A stretch of DNA of 64,000 nucleotides from Histomonas meleagridis 2922-C6/04-290x (taxonomy: Eukaryota; Protista; Parabasalia), in the NCBI GenBank assembly GCA_020184695.1, contig JAANOX010000075.1, positions 176,044-240,043 on the forward strand. Direction: 5' to 3'. The notes under the pieces were generated by a model that had not been told where the DNA came from, searched no databases, and saw nothing but the letters and a program-made list of their open reading frames with translations. The position numbers and the translations under genes are program-made. Of this stretch, positions 1 through 10,220 are shown one piece after another (position 1 is the first letter of the stretch; each line of letters opens with the position of its first letter).

Positions 1-2
1 AA

Positions 3-1193
3 GGATTAAATAATATTTTTGAAGTTAATAAAAAATTAAATTCATTAAATCAACAAAATGAAATATTAATCAACCAAATACTTAAAAAAATTCAATCACA
101 AAATAAAAATGAAATAATAACTAAAATAAATGAGAAGCAACAAATAATAGAAAAATTAAATGAAAAACTTAAAGATCTTAAAAAACAAGTTCGTAAAACA
201 CAAAGAGAAAATAAATCAAGTAAAGAAAAATCTTTGTCAAAAATAGATTTAATATCAAATGAACTACAAAGCTCGCAAATCAATTATGAAAAACTCCAAG
301 AAAAAAATCAAAATCTTTTAGATAACATTGAAACATTAAAAGCGAAAAATGAGAAATTAATTAAACAATTAAAAGAAGAAAAGATAACAAATAAAACATT
401 ACAATTTGAACTTATTAATGAACAAAATAAAACAAAGCAACATGAAGATTTAAACAAAATCAAAGAAATACAAAATGAAAAAATTGAAAATTTAAATCAA
501 AAAACATTAAAACAAGAAGAACAAATAACAAAATATGAAAAAATTATTAATGTTCTTAAGATTAAATTATCAGAAAAAGAAAATGAATTTAATGAGCTTA
601 ATCAATCATTTCTTGAAGAAAAATCAAATCTCAAGCAACAATATGAAAAAGATAAAAAGAATTTAATAGATACAAATAATAAAAATGTACAACAATTACA
701 ATTAAAATGTAAAAATCTAAATGAAGAAGTAATTGATCTAAATAAATCAATTGAAAATCTTACTCAAAAATTAATTCAAGTTAAATCGGAAAAAAATAAT
801 ATTATAAATCAAACTAAAAAATTACAAAAAGATTTAGTAAATACTAATGAAACATTTTTAAGGGAAAAAGAATTACTTGAAGTACAACTTAAAACTGATA
901 AAATTAATTGTGAATCAAAAGCAGAAACAATGATTAATGAAATTAAAACAAAGAATCAATTAATGATTCGACAATTAATTTCATTCTTTATTGATCATTT
1001 CAGAGAATTTTTCGATCCTAAGGAAACCATTGATATAAAATTATTCCAAAGTTTAGTGATTCAAGTTAAAAATGAATTGAATCGTTTAAATAATATGGAA
1101 AGTTCAATCAGAAAAATGACAAATGCAAATCCAGATCAATCAATAACTGATATTATTGCGAAATTAATTTATTCTTCAAATGTGAAACATTAA
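3..1193 (+). CDS. Coiled-coil protein, 5' end outside the window
   Basis: The frame of track ORF 234-1193 is open back to position 3 (GGA TTA AAT AAT...). K/E/Q/N/L heptad-rich sequence ending in TAA. Confidence 0.75.
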   Translation, partial: GLNNIFEVNKKLNSLNQQNEILINQILKKIQSQNKNEIITKINEKQQIIEKLNEKLKDLKKQVRKTQRENKSSKEKSLSKIDLISNELQSSQINYEKLQEKNQNLLDNIETLKAKNEKLIKQLKEEKITNKTLQFELINEQNKTKQHEDLNKIKEIQNEKIENLNQKTLKQEEQITKYEKIINVLKIKLSEKENEFNELNQSFLEEKSNLKQQYEKDKKNLIDTNNKNVQQLQLKCKNLNEEVIDLNKSIENLTQKLIQVKSEKNNIINQTKKLQKDLVNTNETFLREKELLEVQLKTDKINCESKAETMINEIKTKNQLMIRQLISFFIDHFREFFDPKETIDIKLFQSLVIQVKNELNRLNNMESSIRKMTNANPDQSITDIIAKLIYSSNVKH

Positions 1194-1659
1194 TAGTTGC
1201 CTCTTTTTCTTTATTAAATAAATATTATATTTTTGTTAATTTATATTATGTAAATGTTCTTCTAAAAAAAAAATGTGTGTCTTATTTCGAAATATCCAAT
1301 GCAGAGCTTGAGGCAACATTAGTATTTTTGTTTTCAAAAAAATCATAATAGAGAGAAAGAATAATGAAAATTGTTATTGGATGTGAAAGCAAATATTGGT
1401 TATTTGGGAATTTTTAAATAAAATATAGGATGATTTTGTTTATTTAACAAGTATTAATGTGGAGATTTCAATATTTTATAGAATTAAGTAACCTCTAATG
1501 ATTGTTTGACAATTTCTTGTTGCATAGAATTGATACAAATAATTCTAACATTAAATAAGTTTTAATTCCAAAATGTACTATGACTAAAATATAAATAAAG
1601 ATTTAAGTAAATTCAATATATATATATATATCTATCGATTTTTTTTATTAAAATATCAT

Positions 1660-2514
1660 TTATTCGATAAGTTTTTGTATAGTTACATTTAAATCTTCTT
1701 GTATAATAAGTGAATGATTAGCGATTGGATAGAAAAACTGTGGATCGTTTTGATTAATTCTGATTAATCTCCAATTAGGAACTTTATAAACAAGTTCTTC
1801 AAAAGGAATTCTAAGAGCACCTGGTGAGTTAAACCCAACACCAAGTTCCAACAGAACAAGTTTTTTATTTTCCTGTTCACGTAAAAAGTTTATATAATTT
1901 GGATAATTAACAAAATTTGGTTTTTCTACAAATAATTCATCAACTCTTAAATTTGGAACTAAAAAATTACCACAATGAGGACAGCGCGGAACATCACTTT
2001 CTCGTATAGACATAGATTCATGATTCATATTTTTTAACATTCTTTGAACCATTTCATAATTATTAAAAACTTCTTCATGACATGGAATAGAACATTGGAA
2101 ATTCATATAATCTCCTTGCATTGCAAATATCTTTGTTGTATCAAAACCAGTTTTGTAAAATTGACCATCAGCATTTGTTGTTGCAACAAAATAATTTTTG
2201 TTCTTTACCAAATTATAAAGGTTTTTATAAATTTGTAATCCTTCTGTTTGATATCTAACATTGTTGATATGTGTTGCCCAGAATGCATAATATTGAAGAT
2301 AATTTCGATTATTGACATTCCAAAAATGGCCAATACATTCCCACAATGTTTTGGCTCCACAGTTGGTATATTCTGGGTAATGAGTTTGAAAATAAATAGG
2401 ATCTACATAATTGATTCCGCCTGCTGCTGAAAAACCTGAACCGGCACCAATTAAAACTCCATCACTTTCCTGGATCAATCTCTTAGCTTCGTGGATCGTT
2501 CGATTGATTGACAT
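1660..2514 (-). CDS. Sir2-family protein resembling class M sirtuins (SirTM), bacterial type
   Basis: Motifs GAGSGFSAAGG, YYAFWATHI, TTNADGQF, AMQGDY (Q where classical sirtuins have the catalytic H), CSIPC...CPHC zinc ribbon, LELGVGFNSP. ATG at 2514 follows a TCATTTT initiator; the track start at 2604 is TTG. Confidence 0.8.
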   Translation of the reverse strand: MSINRTIHEAKRLIQESDGVLIGAGSGFSAAGGINYVDPIYFQTHYPEYTNCGAKTLWECIGHFWNVNNRNYLQYYAFWATHINNVRYQTEGLQIYKNLYNLVKNKNYFVATTNADGQFYKTGFDTTKIFAMQGDYMNFQCSIPCHEEVFNNYEMVQRMLKNMNHESMSIRESDVPRCPHCGNFLVPNLRVDELFVEKPNFVNYPNYINFLREQENKKLVLLELGVGFNSPGALRIPFEELVYKVPNWRLIRINQNDPQFFYPIANHSLIIQEDLNVTIQKLIE

Positions 2515-3501
2515 TCCTCCACCAAACAAAAAATGAAGAAAAATTAAACAAAACATATATTTGAAACCAAAAATTAAATGCATTGAAAATTTTCGCCCGA
2601 CCAATCGTTTTCAAAGGAAATTGAAATAATGTTTGAACTAAACGATTAAAATTTATTTAAAATTTTCAAAGCAATTTTATAAAAGTGGGATGTACCGTCA
2701 TCGAAAATCCGACAACTAAAATTCATTTCAATTCTATCTTGTTGTAAAATAAATTAGTAGAGACCATCTTTGTTATTTGTTTAAAATTAATAAGATAATG
2801 ATGAGATTATATTTATTTTGATATCAGTTTGTTACATTAGTTCGATTTTATTAAATTGAATTTCTTAAGTATATGTCCCGTTTGGCTTATGACTTCAAAA
2901 ATAGTTTGTATTTTTGGATTAATTGGAAAAAATTTTCCAATGTATATAGCTATATACTTAGCTAATGCTTAAGTAATAAATCACAATACTTAATTTTAAA
3001 TTTGATAAAAGTGTCAGTACTGACAAAAATCGTTTGACCCTTGGAAACATGCTTTTATGATGAGAACTCTCGATTTTATCTCAATTAGTTTGTTTTAAAT
3101 TTTTTTTTTTTTGTTTGCTCAGCAAACAACGCGAAACTCATTATTGTGAAACTTCAGATGGGGCGGTTGTTCAGATTTTATTGCATTCAAAATTCAATTC
3201 GTCGTTGTTAATTGTGATAACGCAAACTTTTTGAGCGTTTTTCTCTTAAAAGTTCTTTTATGATGCTTGGCGGTACCACTTTTTAATTTTTTTTCATTGT
3301 TTCAAATTAAATGAGGGAATTTTATGTCACTTTTCAATCAAACATTACGTTTCAGCCTACTAAACAGCTTCCGATCGCCAAAACAATAAAACATGCATCG
3401 ATAAAAGTTAAACAAACGAACTGACGGAAAGGCGGCGCGGTTGAATCTTACTGTATCGTTTTTGACTGATTTATTAGCAAGTTTCCCAAGTTTTCCCGCA
3501 A

Positions 3502-5187
3502 ATGTGTTCTTTCTTTTTGGTTTTACCAATGTATTTTCTTTGCACATTACAAATTTATCCAAAAAATTCAGATTCAAAGATTTTTAGTGATCAATTATCT
3601 ATTTCTCAAACTCTCAAACATTCCTTCACTTTAGAATCCAAAGAGCATACACACTTGTCATTCTCAGCCCATAACGAAGAGATTGCATGCATTAAAGTCA
3701 CAAATTTTATTATGCTAGAAGCGAATGATCCGAATACATTTAATATCATCGCAGAAGAATATCATCATCATTACCCTTTATTAGAGTTACCGATATCATA
3801 TGTTAAACATTATTCCAAATTCTTTTCTTTGGCTTTTAATCATTTTTCAGTAAAATCTCATTTACCAATTTCAATGAATAATAACTTCATGAAGAAAATG
3901 CTCGAATTCAATGAAACTGTTCAAGTTCTAATGTACAACTTTTTTATTTTGGGATTTTTCTTATTTTATGAAATCAAATTTTTAATAAATAAATTTAAAA
4001 CGAAGGAAAAGAAAAAACAGAAAAATATTTTAATTTTTGTTATGTTTTTCATGAATTCTTATCAAATATTTCATGAAGGTAATTCAACACTTTCAATCAT
4101 AAATTCAAATGAATTTAAAGATATTAACCAATATAAAAATAACACAAAATTTATAACAATCAGTGAAAATATTTATGAAATTCCAAGTGGTTCATTTTCA
4201 GAATGGCCTTTAGTTGTTTCAGTGAATTTTGGTAACTCAGTATCAAATATTGGAAATTCAGTGTTTTCGTCATGTTTTAATTTAGAAATAATTATTTTTG
4301 GAGAAAATGTTACAACAATTGGTGAATCAGCATTTTCATCATGTTCATCAATCAAAAACATTACAATTCCAAATTCAGTTACAGCAATTGGCAATTCTGC
4401 GTTTTCATTATGTTCTAATTTAACGATATTAACACTTGGATATGGAATAAGAGAAATTGGAGGTTCAGCATTTGGTAATTGTTATAATCTTCAATGCATT
4501 TATTATTATGGAGACAACGAACCAGATGTTAGCGAAAATGCATTTTCTAATGTTTTTGCAAGTGTTATCACATATTCAACATATAAAAGCAATAAATTTG
4601 GAAGTTTAGATGTCGATATTGAAAACACAGAAGGAATATGCGAACCAATTCCAACGCATTCATTTAGTCAATCGAATACATTTCCTAATTCGAATACATT
4701 TACTGCATCACTTCAAAGTGATATTTCATTATCATTATCATTTTCATATACATTCACAGTTACATTATCGATTACACATTCATTAACTATTTATGAAACA
4801 CAAACGAAAACATTTTCATTATATATAAATAATTCGACATTTTCATATATTGAAACAGAATTTATTTATTACAGTTATACGATTGTTATATATTCGACTT
4901 ATTATAATTATTATTCCAATTTCTTTACAATGTTTCATACTTCCGATGAAAATTCACCAAATGGAATTACGACAAATGTTTTGATTGGAATTATTTGCGG
5001 ATCATTTGCATTTGTTTTGATCATTATTGGAATTGTTATATTTTTGGTGAAAAGTAATAATAAGAAAGAAAAATCGAAAACAAAGTTACAATTTAAGGAC
5101 ACGACAACATCAAGTACAAAGCAAATCGAAGAAGTAAATAGTTTAGTTGAAGATATTGTGAAAGAAGATGAAGACAATTGGTTATGA
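3502..5187 (+). CDS. BspA-like (TpLRR) leucine-rich repeat surface protein with C-terminal TM segment
   Basis: Repeats of type FGENVTTIGESAFSSC / IPNSVTAIGNSAFSLC, Ser/Thr-rich stalk, TM VLIGIICGSFAFVLIIIGIVIFLV, charged tail. Confidence 0.85.
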   Translation: MCSFFLVLPMYFLCTLQIYPKNSDSKIFSDQLSISQTLKHSFTLESKEHTHLSFSAHNEEIACIKVTNFIMLEANDPNTFNIIAEEYHHHYPLLELPISYVKHYSKFFSLAFNHFSVKSHLPISMNNNFMKKMLEFNETVQVLMYNFFILGFFLFYEIKFLINKFKTKEKKKQKNILIFVMFFMNSYQIFHEGNSTLSIINSNEFKDINQYKNNTKFITISENIYEIPSGSFSEWPLVVSVNFGNSVSNIGNSVFSSCFNLEIIIFGENVTTIGESAFSSCSSIKNITIPNSVTAIGNSAFSLCSNLTILTLGYGIREIGGSAFGNCYNLQCIYYYGDNEPDVSENAFSNVFASVITYSTYKSNKFGSLDVDIENTEGICEPIPTHSFSQSNTFPNSNTFTASLQSDISLSLSFSYTFTVTLSITHSLTIYETQTKTFSLYINNSTFSYIETEFIYYSYTIVIYSTYYNYYSNFFTMFHTSDENSPNGITTNVLIGIICGSFAFVLIIIGIVIFLVKSNNKKEKSKTKLQFKDTTTSSTKQIEEVNSLVEDIVKEDEDNWL

Positions 5188-5897
5188 ATAAAATGTGTAA
5201 TAATAAAATTTTTTAAATTTATTTTTTTATACAAATATAAAATTATTTTGTTGGTATGTAAAATAAAATGAAATCATATTAACGATATTATCATTTTGAC
5301 TTTTTAATGTTTTCATATATTTTATAAGAAATTTCGAAAATAAATATGTATAACTATTATTACTGAATGTAAATATAACAAGTTATAAAATGTTTAATCA
5401 ATAATTTTAAATCATGATCACATTTACATTAAATGTTGGATCTTTTTGAATGAGCTTTACTTGAATTCATTATTCTAATACCAAAAAAATATTATTTATA
5501 ATTAAAGATACGCTGAAAATGATTTTATACATAAAGAGCTCCTCAAATAATATAATGAACTCTAACAACAGAAAATGACAGAATTACCAATTGCCTTAAA
5601 AAAGAATTAATTTTATGATGATGAAAGCATTATAAACACATGAAAAGCATACCAAATCAAAGCACAAATCCTATTCTATAACATATATTCATTGTGTTAT
5701 TTAAAAGTGTATTCATAATGTTTTAAAGCTGTTTCTTTGATTGTCACTTTAAAATATTGATTTAAATGTTCCGAAGTTGATTTGGAAACCCCCCAATTAA
5801 ACGACAGGTTTTTTAATGTTTAACCGTGAGATTTTAAACTTTTGTGAAAGCCGATGTATATTTAGCGAAGGTTCTTAGATATATTGCAAGCTGAAAC

Positions 5898-7765
5898 ATG
5901 AGAATCTTTCTTTTGTTCAGCATTATGATAATGATGAGACGATTTAGAACCGATACAAAGCTCGTTAAACCTAATATTAGACAAAAAGAAATATTACAAA
6001 TACAAAAAGACAAAAACAAGGAAGCTTTTACTTACAAATGTGATAGGGAAGTTGCAATTAATGAAATTATGATCAAAAAATCTAAAAGATTTAACAATAA
6101 TTATAAAGTTTTGATAAACAAATTACTTTTAAATTTGATACCAAACAATGAATCTACAGCAATTGTACATCATTATTTTAATAACAAACAAGAATTTCAA
6201 AGAACATATTTTCCAAACATTTCGAAAAAAGACTTTGAAATCAATATATTTGTCAAAAATAGCATATTTGAGGGAACTTTTAATGGATCTTATGAAGATA
6301 TATCTTTAATGAAACGTGAATTTTCACATTTTTTGATGATGCAGAACGACAAAGAAGAAGGACCAAACATTTTGAATGTTTTACTTCATTTAACCACCGT
6401 TTTTTCAATGATGTTTTCGGTTATTTACGTCAAATTTTATCAGAAAAATACAATTTCAGCTCAGAAAATATTAATGACCAAATATAAATTGAAAAATATT
6501 TTAATTTTTGTTATGTTTTTCATGAATTCTTATCAAATATTTCATGAAGGTAATTCAACACTTTCAATCATAAATTCAAATGAATTTAAAGATATTAACC
6601 AATATAAAAATAACACAAAATTTATAACAATCAGTGAAAATATTTATGAAATTCCAAGTGGTTCATTTTCAGAATGGCCTTTAGTTGTTTCAGTGAATTT
6701 TTGGTAACTCAGTATCAAATATTGGAAATTCAGTGTTTTTCGTCATGTTTTAATTTAGAAATAATTATTTTTGGAGAAAATGTTACAACAATTGGTGAAT
6801 CAGCATTTTCATCATGTTCATCAATCAAAAACATTACAATTCCAAATTCAGTTACAGCAATTGGCAATTCTGCGTTTTCATTATGTTCTAATTTAACGAT
6901 ATTAACACTTGGATATGGAATAAGAGAAATTGGAGGTTCAGCATTTGGTAATTGTTATAATCTTCAATGCATTTATTATTATGGAGACAACGAACCAGAT
7001 GTTAGCGAAAATGCATTTTCTAATGTTTTTGCAAGTGTTATCACATATTCAACATATAAAAGCAATAAATTTGGAAGTTTAGATGTCGATATTGAAAACA
7101 CAGAAGGAATATGCGAACCAATTCCAACGCATTCATTTAGTCAGTCGAATACATTTTCTAATTCAAATACATATACACAGTCAGATTCAATTTCATTTTC
7201 AGCATTATATTCATTTAGTCAGTCGAATACATTTCCTAATTCGAATACATTTACTGCATCACTTCAAAGTGATATTTCATTATCATTATCATTTTCATAT
7301 ACATTCACAGTTACATTATCGATTACACATTCATTAACTATTTATGAAACACAAACGAAAACATTTTCATTATATATAAATAATTCGACATTTTCATATA
7401 TTGAAACAGAATTTATTTATTACAGTTATACGATTGTTATATATTCGACTTATTATAATTATTATTCCAATTTCTTTACAATGTTTTACACTGATAATAA
7501 TAATAATCAAAATAACGATAATAAAACAACAATTATTATCATTTCTGTTTGTGTAATTGTTATAGTTATAGTCATTATCACATTATTAATTATATTATTG
7601 AAACATATTCGAAACAAAAAAGAAGAAATTTATGAAAATGATAAATCAGAACAAAATGAAAACGAAACGACGAATACATTTACTACGGGAATAAGTAACA
7701 TAAACATTGAAGAAGATCCATTTGCCGAAGATTTTCAAGAAGAAAAATTTATTGAACAAATATAA
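5898..7765 (+). CDS. BspA-like LRR surface protein, frameshifted near 6700-6740 (pseudogene or assembly error)
   Basis: Track ORFs 5898-6707 and 6674-7765 join into one gene. 6491-7486 is near-identical to 4020-4935, apart from two extra T in T-runs and a 78-nt stalk insertion. Confidence 0.8.
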
Positions 7766-9608
7766 TATGATTATCAATTAAAATACAATTTTTATGAATA
7801 TTTGTATCTTTTGAAATGATAATTTTAAATATTGTTTGAATATTCTGTAACAAAAAAAATATTTAGATGATATATAACATAATATAATGCATTGCATCGA
7901 GTCTGTGTTCATATATCTGGAATAATAATATTAAATAAAGTAAATCTAACATTCATTTTAAATTATATTAAAAATAGAATTGCTTTAGCAAGAAATGTTA
8001 TAAACTTTATAAAAAATCTGATAAAATAACTTAGTGTCATCTAATAAACAATTAAATGAAATATTTCTATGAAATTGTTTTTTTGTTATAAATATCAAGT
8101 ATGATTGAAAAATGAATATATATATATATGATTTACCGCTTCATGAGCAAATTAAAGTTTTTCCAGATGATGCAATAAAATCGGAAATTGAAAGAAAGGA
8201 AAATGAGGATTATGAGTAATATGAGTAAAAATTATTTAAATATAGAGACTATCTATTGTTCACATTCACATGCGTGTTCGCGCTGTTCTTTACATTCGCA
8301 ATATTCTTGATAGTCGACTTCCCATTCGAAGGTATGACTGACACTTTGTTCATTTGTTTCGTTGAAGCACCTGAAAAATTAAAGGCATCAGCGTCAGAGT
8401 TATACGAAAGAATAAAGAACTCTTCCCCTGATTCAACGCATAAGAAACCTCACCAAGCGGAAAATGTTTCTAACGGTCTCTGTCATAAACGTGATTTTGA
8501 TGTAAATCTCTCAATTCCCAATTTTTTCTAACAACTCGATTTCTATCGTATTGTTCCAGCTTTATCTATAGATAAGTTTTAATTTGAAAATAAATTTTTT
8601 TTATCAAGCACTATAATGCCTGCTACTTATACATTTATACATGCTTTTACATGGTTGTGGTGAAAAAAGTTTTACATCTCCATAAAATAATAACATCTAT
8701 TAAATTCACAGTTTGATCATGAATTTTTTATAATAAAATATAACAAAAGTTCACTAGTAAAAGATTTTTTTGAAGATTCTTCTTTTTCATTCTTCTTTTG
8801 TACAAACTTTTCTTTGGTTTATATTTTTGCTTATTTTTGTTGTTTTGGAGATAATATTTGGTATTACATAAAATAAATATTAACTCTTGGTTAAAGCTTC
8901 ATGCATGGATCCGAAGCCTCAAGCAAAATTTTCAATTATTTCATCAACCATTAATGAAAACAAAAAATCTTTTTCGATATTTTAATTGAATGAGAAGGAT
9001 TTTTGAAGCCATTACAAAAGTATAACTGAATTACTCTTTTATAAATTATTTACTAATTAATGTAAAGAACACTATTTGTTTTGTTGATTCTGTTCACACA
9101 TGAACCCCTAAAGAGACTCTACAACTGGTTTTGCCTTTTTGCGGGGTCTATTATTATGCGATTGAAGTTTTCCTTCTGTTGAATTCATTTTCGAAAATTG
9201 ATGACTGGCTCTGGATAAAAACCAGGTGGATGCCCCATGATTTGTATGCTTTGTGGAATTTCAAAACCTGGTGGATGATGATCATTGTTAATAGACGAAG
9301 GAAAAGAGGTTAGGTGCCTCTACTGTTTGATAATTATTGTTAATTGTTGAAGGAAATGAATTTTCGTGAGTGGCCTGTGAGTGATGAATTCATTGTTGGT
9401 AGTTGAAGAAAATGATATCATTTCTTGTGTATTTTAGAAAAAATTCAATTATATGAGCATTTAATTATTGAAAAACCAAGTCAAAATTTCAAATTTATTG
9501 ACTAAAATGTTTGGCTATTTTTTGTCAATTTTGTTTTTTGATGTCAAAACATATCAAATCAAAAAATACACAAATAAATAAATTAAACAATCATTATTTA
9601 TAAATTTG

Positions 9609-9995
9609 ATGAATATATTATATCAATCAAAAAATCAAGAAGAAAATATATGTTCAAGTTATCAATATATACTTCCAAATTATAATGAAAGTGATTTTGT
9701 GAAAAAACAAATTCAAGAATTAAAGTTAATCATTCCAAACGTCACGAACGATGAATGTTTAAATGCATTAAAATTCACAAAATATAACATTCATGAAGCA
9801 GTTCTTTTTCTTTTAGAAAAAGATAAAACTAATGAAAATAATTTAAATATAAAACAAAAAGAAAAGATAAAAATTAGTTCAAAAATTTGGAAAGAATTTG
9901 GTGGAAAATTGAATTTTTTTGAGATAGCACAAGTTTTAATTATAAGTAATAATAATGAAGAAGAAGCTATAAATATCCTTCGTACAATGATTTAA
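9609..9995 (+). CDS. Small protein with two UBA-like segments
   Basis: QIQELKLIIPNVTNDECLNALKFTKYNIHEAVLFLL and a second UBA-like segment at the C-terminus. Confidence 0.55.
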   Translation: MNILYQSKNQEENICSSYQYILPNYNESDFVKKQIQELKLIIPNVTNDECLNALKFTKYNIHEAVLFLLEKDKTNENNLNIKQKEKIKISSKIWKEFGGKLNFFEIAQVLIISNNNEEEAINILRTMI

Positions 9996-10220
9996 TATCA
10001 ATAAATATTAAAAATAATATAAACATGAGTTTTTTTATCTAAATGAGTTTATTTCAAGTATTGAAATCAAGGACAAAATCAGAAAATTTAAGTTATCGTA
10101 AAAACCCTCTACACTGATCGGCAAAATAAGGATTGGAGTTTGGAGAAGATACTTCAGATAAATTTGAATATTAAGCCAACTCCTAATTATTATTTTTTTA
10201 AATAAAATAACTTTTTTATT

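Noticed and set aside
2515-2523. Shine-Dalgarno-like GGAGG before the sirtuin ATG as a bacterial relic
   Set aside because: It lies only 1 nt from the ATG, which is wrong for a ribosome-binding site, and a host Inr is present upstream.
8228-8640. ORF 8256-8531 and broken minus-strand frames
   Set aside because: TTG start, no motif, stops in all minus frames; the resemblance to a BspA N-terminal module is too weak to call.
9100-9420. Minus-strand frame with two HPPGF motifs and one TAG; plus ORF 9131-9313
   Set aside because: Short, interrupted and without recognisable homology.
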